Source of the DNA: Candidatus Omnitrophota bacterium
GTDB taxonomy: Bacteria > Omnitrophota > Gorgyraeia > Gygaellales > Profunditerraquicolaceae
Direction of reading: 5' to 3'
NCBI GenBank assembly: GCA_041649115.1
Contig: JBAZNT010000011.1
Location: 1-49,845, forward strand
DNA length: 49,845 nt
The position numbers and the translations under genes were made by a program. Of the stretch, positions 32,177 through 40,077 are shown piece by piece. The notes under the pieces are model-generated. The model saw only the letters and a list, made by a program, of their open reading frames with translations, was not told the DNA's origin and ran no database searches. Each line of letters opens with the position of its first letter. Positions within the stretch are counted from its first letter, which is position 1.

Positions 32177-34407
32177 AAAGGATAATCCTTTTTATTCTGC
32201 CGATTCTTATTATCGTTACCGCAGGGCTTACCGTCTCCGGCATTATGCAGGTCCGTTTCACCGAGGACCGCCTGATGGACGATTTAAAGAGGAAGGCCAG
32301 GGCCGTAGACGAATCCCTGGAGCTATCAGCCAGGTACATCCTTCTAAACAACGATTTCAAGTCCGCCAACCGGCTAGTCGAGAAGTTCCAGAAAAGAGAG
32401 CGCCTGCAGGGATGCGCTATCTACAATAAGGACGGAGAGATTGCGGCGATAAGCGAGAAGTTCTCCGAATGGAAGAATAAAGACAGGCCTTACCTGCGGG
32501 ACATATTCAGCAGCAAGAAGCCGCGCGGTTCGCTTGAGAAATTCAGGAATTATACCGTCTATAGCTATATCACGCCCGTCTTGGACGAGCAGGATAATGT
32601 CCTTGGGCTGGTAGAGGTTATCTATGACACCTCCTATCTTTTTAATGCCCTTACCGACCTCTGGAAGAGGATAAGCATTACCCTGATTGCCCTGATATTA
32701 TTAATAACCGTTACCGCTTTTTTAATCCAGAGGCAGATTTTTATCCTGCCGATGCGCCGGCTTACGCAGTGGTTTATGCATTTCCAGCGCGGGGATATTG
32801 ATAAGCTGCGGCCTTTTGAAGAAAAAGGAGAATTCGGCAAGCTTATCAGCGAGGTAGAACAGGTAGCCCTGGGTCTTAGGGTTGCGCGCAAGGTGGTAAG
32901 CGAAGAGGCGCACGAGAAGTTTCAGAAAGAAGATTTCTGGACCGAGGAAAAATTAAGGAACCTTATCCGCGCTAAACTGGGAGAGAATTCATTCTTTGTG
33001 GTTTCAAACCGCGAGCCGTATATGCATATCATAGACGAGGCTACCGGTAAACCCAGGTGCGTGCGTCCCGCAAGCGGCGTGGTTACCGCAATCGACCCGA
33101 TATTGCGCGCCTGCGGCGGAACCTGGATTGCCCACGGCAGCGCCGAGGCAGACAGGAAATTCGTAAACTCCAAGAACAAACTCGGCGTACCCCCGAAGGA
33201 TAATCGCTACATATTAAAGAGGGTATGGCTTACGAAAGAGGAGGAGGACGGCTATTATTACGGGTTTTCCAACGAGGGCCTATGGCCGCTCTGCCACGTC
33301 ACGCATACCCGCCCGATATTCCGCGAATCGGACTGGCAGATGTACAAAGAGGTCAATCAGAAGTTCGCCGATAATGTCCTGGAGGAGCTTCCTGCCAATG
33401 CGCCATTTGTGTTTATACAGGATTACCACTTTACCCTTCTTGGGAAGATGATCAAGGACAAAAGGCCGGATGCCACCGTTGCCTTGTTCTGGCACATCCC
33501 CTGGCCTAACCCGGAGGTATTCGCGATATGCCCCTACCAGAGAGAGATACTGGAAGGCATGCTTGCCTGCGACATGATAGGTTTTCACGTGCAGTTTCAC
33601 TGCAACAACTTTCTCGATACCACCAACCGTTTGATTGAGTGCCGCGTTGATACCGAGAAGTTCAGCGTCGTAAGGAGCAATAAAGAGACGCTGGTAAGGG
33701 CATTCTCCATTAGCGTTGACGGTTACCTTTCCGCTGGCCTTTCCGCCGAAGAAAACAGCCGCCTCAACAAGATACGCGAGGAGTTCCAGCTGGAAGGCAA
33801 GATCGTGGCAGTGGGGGTGGACAGGATAGATTACACCAAGGGCATCATCGAGCGCATACTCGCCATCGACCGGTTCCTGGAGAAATACCCGGAATACCGC
33901 GAGAAATTCGTATTTATCCAGCTTGCAGCTCCCAGCCGCACCCATATAAAACGCTATCACGAATTAACCGGAGAGATTGACGAGCTGATAGAGAACAAGA
34001 ATTGGAAATACTCCAGCAGCGAATGGAAGCCTATAATATACCTGAAGAGGTATTTTTCCCCCGAGGAGATCAAGCCTTATTATATACTGGCGGATTTATG
34101 TATCGTTAGCTCCCTGCACGACGGGATGAACCTGGTGGCCAAGGAGTATGTTGCCTCCAAGACCGATTCAAGCGGGGCCCTTATCCTGAGCAGGTTTACC
34201 GGCGCAGCCAGGGAATTGACCGATGCGGTGTTGATAAATCCCTACGCCATCGAGGAATTCGCCGACGCCATAAAATTTACGATAGAATTGCCCCCGGATG
34301 AGAAAAAGAAACGCATGGAAAACATGCGCAACATCATTACGGAAAATAATATTTATAAATGGGCCGGCAGCATCATCACGGAGCTCGTTTCCCTGAAGAA
34401 AGGCTGA
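32173..34407 (+). CDS. otsA: Trehalose-6-phosphate synthase (GT20) fused to an N-terminal TM-periplasmic sensor-TM-HAMP module
   Basis: The GT20 domain starts at about aa 274 (SNREP, YYGFSN..LWPLCH, QDYH, FWHIPWP, VDRIDYTKG, DGMNLVAKEY). aa 1-240 contain TM1, a Cache-like domain, TM2 and a HAMP-like segment (PMRRL...GEFGKL). Confidence 0.9.
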   Translation: MKRIILFILPILIIVTAGLTVSGIMQVRFTEDRLMDDLKRKARAVDESLELSARYILLNNDFKSANRLVEKFQKRERLQGCAIYNKDGEIAAISEKFSEWKNKDRPYLRDIFSSKKPRGSLEKFRNYTVYSYITPVLDEQDNVLGLVEVIYDTSYLFNALTDLWKRISITLIALILLITVTAFLIQRQIFILPMRRLTQWFMHFQRGDIDKLRPFEEKGEFGKLISEVEQVALGLRVARKVVSEEAHEKFQKEDFWTEEKLRNLIRAKLGENSFFVVSNREPYMHIIDEATGKPRCVRPASGVVTAIDPILRACGGTWIAHGSAEADRKFVNSKNKLGVPPKDNRYILKRVWLTKEEEDGYYYGFSNEGLWPLCHVTHTRPIFRESDWQMYKEVNQKFADNVLEELPANAPFVFIQDYHFTLLGKMIKDKRPDATVALFWHIPWPNPEVFAICPYQREILEGMLACDMIGFHVQFHCNNFLDTTNRLIECRVDTEKFSVVRSNKETLVRAFSISVDGYLSAGLSAEENSRLNKIREEFQLEGKIVAVGVDRIDYTKGIIERILAIDRFLEKYPEYREKFVFIQLAAPSRTHIKRYHELTGEIDELIENKNWKYSSSEWKPIIYLKRYFSPEEIKPYYILADLCIVSSLHDGMNLVAKEYVASKTDSSGALILSRFTGAARELTDAVLINPYAIEEFADAIKFTIELPPDEKKKRMENMRNIITENNIYKWAGSIITELVSLKKG

Positions 34408-34432
34408 AACTTAAGGAATTTGTGCCGCAGAG

Positions 34433-35233
34433 ATGGAGTATCTTTTCGATAAGTGGGACGACGTACGCAAGGGAATAGCCGGCAAGCCGCTTTTTATTTT
34501 TCTGGATTTTGACGGCACCCTGGCTCCGATTGTCGAAAGGCCGGAGGCGGCATCCCTGCCTGCCGCAACAAAAGAGCTGCTTAGGAAGCTGTCGGCTGAA
34601 CCCAGGTTTAAGCTGGCGTTTATAAGCGGTAGGTCGCTGGCAGACGTCAAGGAAAAGGTAGGATTAAAGGACGTTATTTATTCCGGAAACCACGGCTTGG
34701 AGATCGAGGGGCCGAAGATTAAGTTTGAGCCTCTGGTTTCTGCCGGATACAAGACCCTGATACGCGGCATAAAAAGCGAATTGGCAAAGGGGATTGCCGC
34801 GATTAAAGGCGCGCTGCTGGAAGATAAGGGGTTATCATTGAGCCTGCATTACCGCCTGGTAGCGCCGCGGCAGCTCTTGGCCCTTAGGATGACTTTCCGG
34901 AATGCCATAGTCCCGCACCGCCTCAAAGGCAAGATAAAGGTTAATAAGGGTAAGAAGGTTTTTGAGGTCAGGCCGGCTATGGAGTGGGATAAAGGCAAGA
35001 TTGTCCTTTGGCTTCTGGCAAGGGAGTCTTTTGCGGCAGGAGAGAAAGAGATTGTCCCGGTTTACCTGGGGGACGACCTTACCGATGAGGATGTCTTTCG
35101 TGCCCTAAAAAATAAAGGGCTGACTGTCTTGGTGGGTAACGGCAGGCCGTCGGCAGCAGCCTATTACGTAAGGGACCACCGGCAGGTACAGAGGTTTTTA
35201 AAGATGCTTTTGGAGAGCCGTTTAGACAGATGA
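34433..35233 (+). CDS. otsB: Trehalose-6-phosphate phosphatase (HAD)
   Basis: FLDFDGTL, ISGR, GNHGLE, GKKVFEVRP...DKG and YLGDDLTDED motifs. Confidence 0.93.
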   Translation: MEYLFDKWDDVRKGIAGKPLFIFLDFDGTLAPIVERPEAASLPAATKELLRKLSAEPRFKLAFISGRSLADVKEKVGLKDVIYSGNHGLEIEGPKIKFEPLVSAGYKTLIRGIKSELAKGIAAIKGALLEDKGLSLSLHYRLVAPRQLLALRMTFRNAIVPHRLKGKIKVNKGKKVFEVRPAMEWDKGKIVLWLLARESFAAGEKEIVPVYLGDDLTDEDVFRALKNKGLTVLVGNGRPSAAAYYVRDHRQVQRFLKMLLESRLDR

Positions 35234-35898
35234 GGGAGCTGATAAAAGCCAAAGAGCCGTTTCGCTTTTATACCCGCCTGCACCTTTCGGAATTGACGGG
35301 GTTGAGGGCGACTACCCTTACCCAGCTTTTGGATATTCTCAAGAATGTCCCGGGCTCCTGTATCTATTACCATACCCATAGGTTCCTTCAGCAGCACCAG
35401 TATCTTTCTCCGGAGCCGCCGAATGATTTTGCCTATTGGGTGGCGGATGTCCTGGGTGAAGACGAGCTCGGGGAGAAGCTGGCCAGCATAGATACCATAC
35501 AGTATTCCACCATCCGCGCCCTAAGGGATGAAATCGCCGTAACCATCGAGGAGTACCTTAAGGATAACCCCTTGGCAAAATTGAAATTCTCCCATCCGGA
35601 GGATGAATTCCATTTTATAAAGTGCGTGAGCTTTATCCTGCCGACTAATTATGTTGTCTCCGACCTGGTTGAGTTTGCCGAGGTCCTCAAGAAGATAACC
35701 ATAGATTCCATCTATTTCCATATCTTTGAGGCGCGGCTGAGGCTGGAGAAAAAAACGAACGACTTCTCCAACTGGATAGATACTTCCCTCGGCGACCGGG
35801 AGCTGGCCGATAAGATATCCAGCCTTGACCCTTATACCCGTACCCTGGAAGATTTAAGAAAGACGATCATCGAGATTATAGAGGAGGATTTGGGTTGA
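35230..35898 (+). CDS. DUF5752-family protein (internally duplicated), TreT-associated
   Basis: Two similar halves (SCIYYH...NDFAYWV.D.LG; SIYFH...NDFSNWI..SLG), located directly before treT. Confidence 0.7.
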   Translation: MRELIKAKEPFRFYTRLHLSELTGLRATTLTQLLDILKNVPGSCIYYHTHRFLQQHQYLSPEPPNDFAYWVADVLGEDELGEKLASIDTIQYSTIRALRDEIAVTIEEYLKDNPLAKLKFSHPEDEFHFIKCVSFILPTNYVVSDLVEFAEVLKKITIDSIYFHIFEARLRLEKKTNDFSNWIDTSLGDRELADKISSLDPYTRTLEDLRKTIIEIIEEDLG

Positions 35899-35902
35899 CG
35901 CC

Positions 35903-37117
35903 ATGGTTACGATAGAAGAATATACCCCAATCGTAGGCCAATCCGTTATAGACGACTTGAAGCTTCTGGCAGAGAGGCTCAAGGGTAAAGTTATCCAGCA
36001 CATTAACTCTACTTCGGTTGGCGGAGGAGTTGCCGAGATATTAAACCGGATGGTGCCACTCTTACGCGAGCTGGGCGTTGATACCAGGTGGGACCTTATA
36101 AAAGGGGGCGGGCAGTTTTTTGAAGTAACCAAGAAAATCCATAATGCCCTGCACGGCAGGCAGGAGGCGCTGACGCCGCGGGATTTCGAGATATTTATGG
36201 AGACCAGTAATACTAACATTGAGGAGATCAACATCTCGGGAGACATAGTTTTTGTGCATGACCCGCAGCCGATAGCGCTCATAAAAAAGAAGTCCGGAAA
36301 TAAATGGATATGGCGTTGCCATATAGACGTATCAAACCCCTCCCAGAAAGCCTGGGTTTTCCTGAGGGAGTTTATCGCCGGTTACGACGCCGCCGTTTTT
36401 TCGGCCCCGGGATTCTCGCAGAGGCTCCTGCCTATAAGGCAATTCCTGATATCTCCGTCTATCGACCCTTTAAGCGATAAAAATAGGGAATTACCGCAGG
36501 AAGAGGTTGATTCGGTTTTAAAGAAATACAATATCCAGCGTAATAAGCCGATTGTTACGCAGATTTCGCGTTTTGACCGCCTCAAGGACCCGGTCGGGGT
36601 AATCGAGGCCTATCAGAAGGTAAAGAGGTATATCGATTGCCAGCTTGTCCTTGCCGGAGGCGCGGCAGACGACGACCCGGAGGGGATGAAGGTCTTGGAT
36701 GAGGTCAGGGAAAAAGCCAAGGGCGACCGCGATATACACATATTGCTTCTTCCCCAGAGCGACATCGAGGTCAATGCCCTGCAGCGAGCCTCCACCATTA
36801 TACTCCAGAAATCACTGAAAGAGGGGTTCGGCCTTACCGTCTCCGAAGCGCTCTGGAAGGCTAAGCCCGTAGTTGCCTCTAACGTAGGAGGGATACCGCT
36901 CCAGATAAAACATAAGTATTCGGGACTTCTTTGCCATTCGATAGACGGGGCCGCCTTTGCGCTTAAGCAGCTTCTGAATAGCCCGGAATACGCAAAAAAA
37001 CTGGGCGAAAACGGCAGGGAGCACGTCAGAAATAATTTCCTTCTTACCCGCCACCTAAGGGACTACCTGCTTTTATTCCTTGCTTTATACCACGAGCAGG
37101 ATATCGTTAATCTTTAG
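35903..37117 (+). CDS. treT: Trehalose synthase, GT4 glycosyltransferase
   Basis: NSTSVGGGVAEIL, HDPQP, WRCHID, RFDRLKDP and EGFGLTVSEALWK motifs. Confidence 0.88.
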   Translation: MVTIEEYTPIVGQSVIDDLKLLAERLKGKVIQHINSTSVGGGVAEILNRMVPLLRELGVDTRWDLIKGGGQFFEVTKKIHNALHGRQEALTPRDFEIFMETSNTNIEEINISGDIVFVHDPQPIALIKKKSGNKWIWRCHIDVSNPSQKAWVFLREFIAGYDAAVFSAPGFSQRLLPIRQFLISPSIDPLSDKNRELPQEEVDSVLKKYNIQRNKPIVTQISRFDRLKDPVGVIEAYQKVKRYIDCQLVLAGGAADDDPEGMKVLDEVREKAKGDRDIHILLLPQSDIEVNALQRASTIILQKSLKEGFGLTVSEALWKAKPVVASNVGGIPLQIKHKYSGLLCHSIDGAAFALKQLLNSPEYAKKLGENGREHVRNNFLLTRHLRDYLLLFLALYHEQDIVNL

Positions 37118-37127
37118 AAAGAGTTTT

Positions 37128-37268
37128 ATGCGGCTCTCCGGCATGATATTTATGCTTTTTTCCTGGGGTTTTATTATCGGGCTGGCGCTGTTATGTTTTA
37201 ACAGGATTTTTAGAAGCGGGCTTGGAGGAAAAGATTCGGAGAAGGCAACAGAGCGGCTCAGGAAATAG
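37128..37268 (+). CDS. Small single-TM membrane protein (46 aa)
   Basis: MRLSGMIFMLFSWGFIIGLALLCFNRIF...; one hydrophobic helix and a basic tail. ATG 37128 is preferred over the track start, which lies inside treT. Confidence 0.55.
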   Translation: MRLSGMIFMLFSWGFIIGLALLCFNRIFRSGLGGKDSEKATERLRK

Positions 37269-37310
37269 GCCTGTTTGGGGTGGTGGCGAGGGATTTTAGC
37301 ATAACCTAAA

Positions 37311-38528
37311 ATGAAGTTCTCTGCCGTAGCAAGCTTCCTTCTGGTGCCGGTGGCGGCATTATCCTTGAGGTGCGGGGTTTCTTATGCTGCCCTGCCCCCC
37401 TTGGAGGTTAGCGAAGAGGAAGCAGGAAAGATTGAAGCCGCCCCCGGGCAGGAGTGGCTAAAAAAGCTTGATAAGTCCCGCCAGGAATTTGCCGATAGAT
37501 ACGGCACTTACCTTGGTTTCCTCTTTCATTACGACCGCCAGTTTATCGTTTCCGCCAAGAACGACAGGGGCAAGAGCGGGGAGGTAGCTTATTGGAACCT
37601 TGAGCTTCTGCAGCGGCTCTGGCCGGGCGCATTCCTTAACGCCGAACTGGAGACGGACCGCGGTAAGGGCGTAGATAAATTTTTACCTACCTTCTCGGTT
37701 TTTAACACCAATTCCGGGGATAACGTGGATTTCTATGTTCCGCAGTTATACCTGGAGCAGAATTTCTGTTCAGAGAAGGGATTGGTGCTGGCAGGCAAGC
37801 TCGATACTTCGGATTGGTTTGACGGTAATGCCGTGGCAGAATCTGCCGATACGCAATTTTTGTCCTCCGCCCTCGTTAATAATGTTTCCATACCTTTTCC
37901 TTCCAAGGGGCTCGGCGCGGTATTGAAATTTCAGCCTTATGACTGGGCGTATCTGGAGACAGCCATAGCCACAGCCGAGGCATCCGCCACTAAAACCGGA
38001 TTAAGCGATGGGTTTGACGGCCAGTTTTTTATAACTGAACTCGGATTCTCGCCGGTTTTCGGGAAGCTTGAGGGTAATTACCGTTTTATCTTCCATCTCA
38101 CGCACGAGAGGCTTGACTATATCGATGAGTCGGCGACCAAGAATGATACCGCGGGTTTTGCCTTGAGCTTCGACCAGCAGGTAACCAGGCGCATTAGCTT
38201 ATTCGCGCGTTACGGGTTCCAGAATCCCAAGGTAAGGGATATCCAGTATTTCTGGTCATTCGGCGGACAGCTCAGAGAGCCTTTCGCAGGACGTAAATAC
38301 GATTGCCTTGGGGCGGCGGTAGCGCAGTCTATCACCGGCAAGGATTATCGCCTTTACAACGGAGCGGGTAGCGCATCTGCCGAGACGCTCTGGGAGGTTT
38401 ATTACAGCTATGATTTTAACCACCTTCTGGTTTTTACCCCCAATGTCCAGATTGTTCACAATCCTAATGCGGAGAGGGCCTTGAGTACCGAGATAGTGGC
38501 CGGGATAAGGGTCATCTGCGCTTTTTAA
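37311..38528 (+). CDS. OprB-family carbohydrate-selective porin
   Basis: Signal peptide, LYLEQ.F, GKLD..DWFD.N..A.....QFL.SAL, ET..EVYY and a C-terminal aromatic residue. Confidence 0.8.
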   Translation: MKFSAVASFLLVPVAALSLRCGVSYAALPPLEVSEEEAGKIEAAPGQEWLKKLDKSRQEFADRYGTYLGFLFHYDRQFIVSAKNDRGKSGEVAYWNLELLQRLWPGAFLNAELETDRGKGVDKFLPTFSVFNTNSGDNVDFYVPQLYLEQNFCSEKGLVLAGKLDTSDWFDGNAVAESADTQFLSSALVNNVSIPFPSKGLGAVLKFQPYDWAYLETAIATAEASATKTGLSDGFDGQFFITELGFSPVFGKLEGNYRFIFHLTHERLDYIDESATKNDTAGFALSFDQQVTRRISLFARYGFQNPKVRDIQYFWSFGGQLREPFAGRKYDCLGAAVAQSITGKDYRLYNGAGSASAETLWEVYYSYDFNHLLVFTPNVQIVHNPNAERALSTEIVAGIRVICAF

Positions 38529-38533
38529 AATTA

Positions 38534-38561
38534 TTGAAAAATATATTTTTTGTGTTAGAAT
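38534..38561 (+). promoter_or_regulatory. Promoter of the hydrogenase operon
   Basis: TTGAAA-16 nt-TAGAAT with extended TG. Confidence 0.65.
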
Positions 38562-38599
38562 AATTATCAAAGTTCAGGCGGGGATTTCAGTGCAGAAAT

Positions 38600-38637
38600 A
38601 GGCCCACCTTTTAACCGGGGTAGGGCTTTTATTTTTT
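38600..38637 (+). terminator. Leader terminator upstream of the hydrogenase operon
   Basis: AGGCCCACCTT-TTAACC-GGGGTAGGGCTT (one bulge) followed by TTATTTTTT. Confidence 0.7.
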
Positions 38638-38655
38638 ATGAATACGCTATAGCCT

Positions 38656-40077
38656 ATGCTGTTTGCCGTCTTTCTTCCGTTGGCCGGCTCATTTTTCCTG
38701 CCGCTGGCAGGCCGTATATCGGGACGCCTCAGGAACCTCATGGCGTTTACCGCGGCGGCGGCGCCTTTTATTTTTTCGCTGAGCTTAATCCCGCGGGTAA
38801 TGGCAGGAGAGACGGTCAGTTTCAGCATGTCCCTGCCGTTGGGGCTTAACCTCGTTTTTGCCGCCGATTGCCTGGCGGTATTTATGGCCGGCGTTTCGTC
38901 CTTTATAAGCGCGGTCATTATCCTGTATTCCTTCGCTTACATCAGCCACTACCAGAACCAGAACGAATATTACTTTATGGTAGTGCTGTTCCTCGGCGCG
39001 ATGATGGGGCTGGTGTTTTGCGCCAACCTTATATTCATTTATCTGTTCTGGGAGATTACCGCGATTACCAGCTGGAGGCTGATCGGATTTTTCCGGGAGC
39101 GCCAGCAGGTGCTGCGGGCCGATAAATCGTTTTTGGTCACGGTTTTTGGGGCGCTGGTGATGCTGATCGGTTTCATCATGGTTTACCAAGAGACCGGTTC
39201 ATTCGACCTCGCAGCTATTAAAGGAGGGGGCAGCATCTCGAACCTGGCGGTCCTCTTGATACTCTTCGGGATTTTCTCTAAATCCGCAACCCTGCCTTTT
39301 CAGACCTGGCTGCCTGATGCCGGCGTGGCCCCTTCTCCGGTAACCGCCCTTCTCCATGCGGCAGTGCTGGTTAAAATAGGCGTTTATGTATTCGCCAGGC
39401 TTTTTGTCGTTACTTTCCCCATAGCCCAGTTTTGGCATACGGCAGTGCCCTTTATCGCAGGCGCAAGCGCAGTAATCTCCGCGGGCGCGGCATTAGTGGA
39501 AACCGACATAAAACGGATAATCGCGTATTCCACCATCAGCCAGATTGCTTTTATCTTCCTGGGGTTCTCCGTCGCAAACAGTATAGGGATTGCCGGGGCG
39601 CTGCTTTACATTCTGATGCACGGCCTTGCTAAAGGAGGACTCTTTCTATGCGCCGGTATCGTAGAGCAGAATACCGGAGTAAGGGATATCAGGAAACTGG
39701 GGGGGCTGATACAGAGCATGCCGGTCACGGCGACGGCGTTTATTTTTTGCGCTTTTTCTATCATGGGCATACCTCCCTTCGGAGGGTTTTTCGGAAAATA
39801 TATGGTTATAGCAGGCGCCTTGGGAAGCGGCCATACTGCGGTTTCCGTCATATTCCTGATAGCGGCGGTGATGACGATACTCTATCTTTTCAGGTTGTTT
39901 AATAATGTTTTTATGGGGGAGCCGCAGGGCCCTGCGGCAAGAGAAGGTTCTTTGCTCATGGTTTTAAGCGTGGTAATACTGGCTGCCCTTTCGCTTTTGG
40001 CAGGCATATATATAGGCGTATTTAGCGGATTCCTGCGGATTGCAGTGCAACAGATGACAGGGGGAGTAGCGGGATGA
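38656..40077 (+). CDS. Antiporter-like membrane subunit 1 (MrpD/NuoL-M-N family) of the group 4 hydrogenase
   Basis: FWEITA, KSATLPFQTWLPDA..APSPV.ALLHA, KRIIAYSTISQ and GIPPFGGF.GK. Confidence 0.9.
   Translation: MLFAVFLPLAGSFFLPLAGRISGRLRNLMAFTAAAAPFIFSLSLIPRVMAGETVSFSMSLPLGLNLVFAADCLAVFMAGVSSFISAVIILYSFAYISHYQNQNEYYFMVVLFLGAMMGLVFCANLIFIYLFWEITAITSWRLIGFFRERQQVLRADKSFLVTVFGALVMLIGFIMVYQETGSFDLAAIKGGGSISNLAVLLILFGIFSKSATLPFQTWLPDAGVAPSPVTALLHAAVLVKIGVYVFARLFVVTFPIAQFWHTAVPFIAGASAVISAGAALVETDIKRIIAYSTISQIAFIFLGFSVANSIGIAGALLYILMHGLAKGGLFLCAGIVEQNTGVRDIRKLGGLIQSMPVTATAFIFCAFSIMGIPPFGGFFGKYMVIAGALGSGHTAVSVIFLIAAVMTILYLFRLFNNVFMGEPQGPAAREGSLLMVLSVVILAALSLLAGIYIGVFSGFLRIAVQQMTGGVAG

Noticed and set aside
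38638-38652. Mini-ORF MNTL before the first hydrogenase gene
   Set aside because: It starts at the end of the terminator U-tract with no SD; too short to support.
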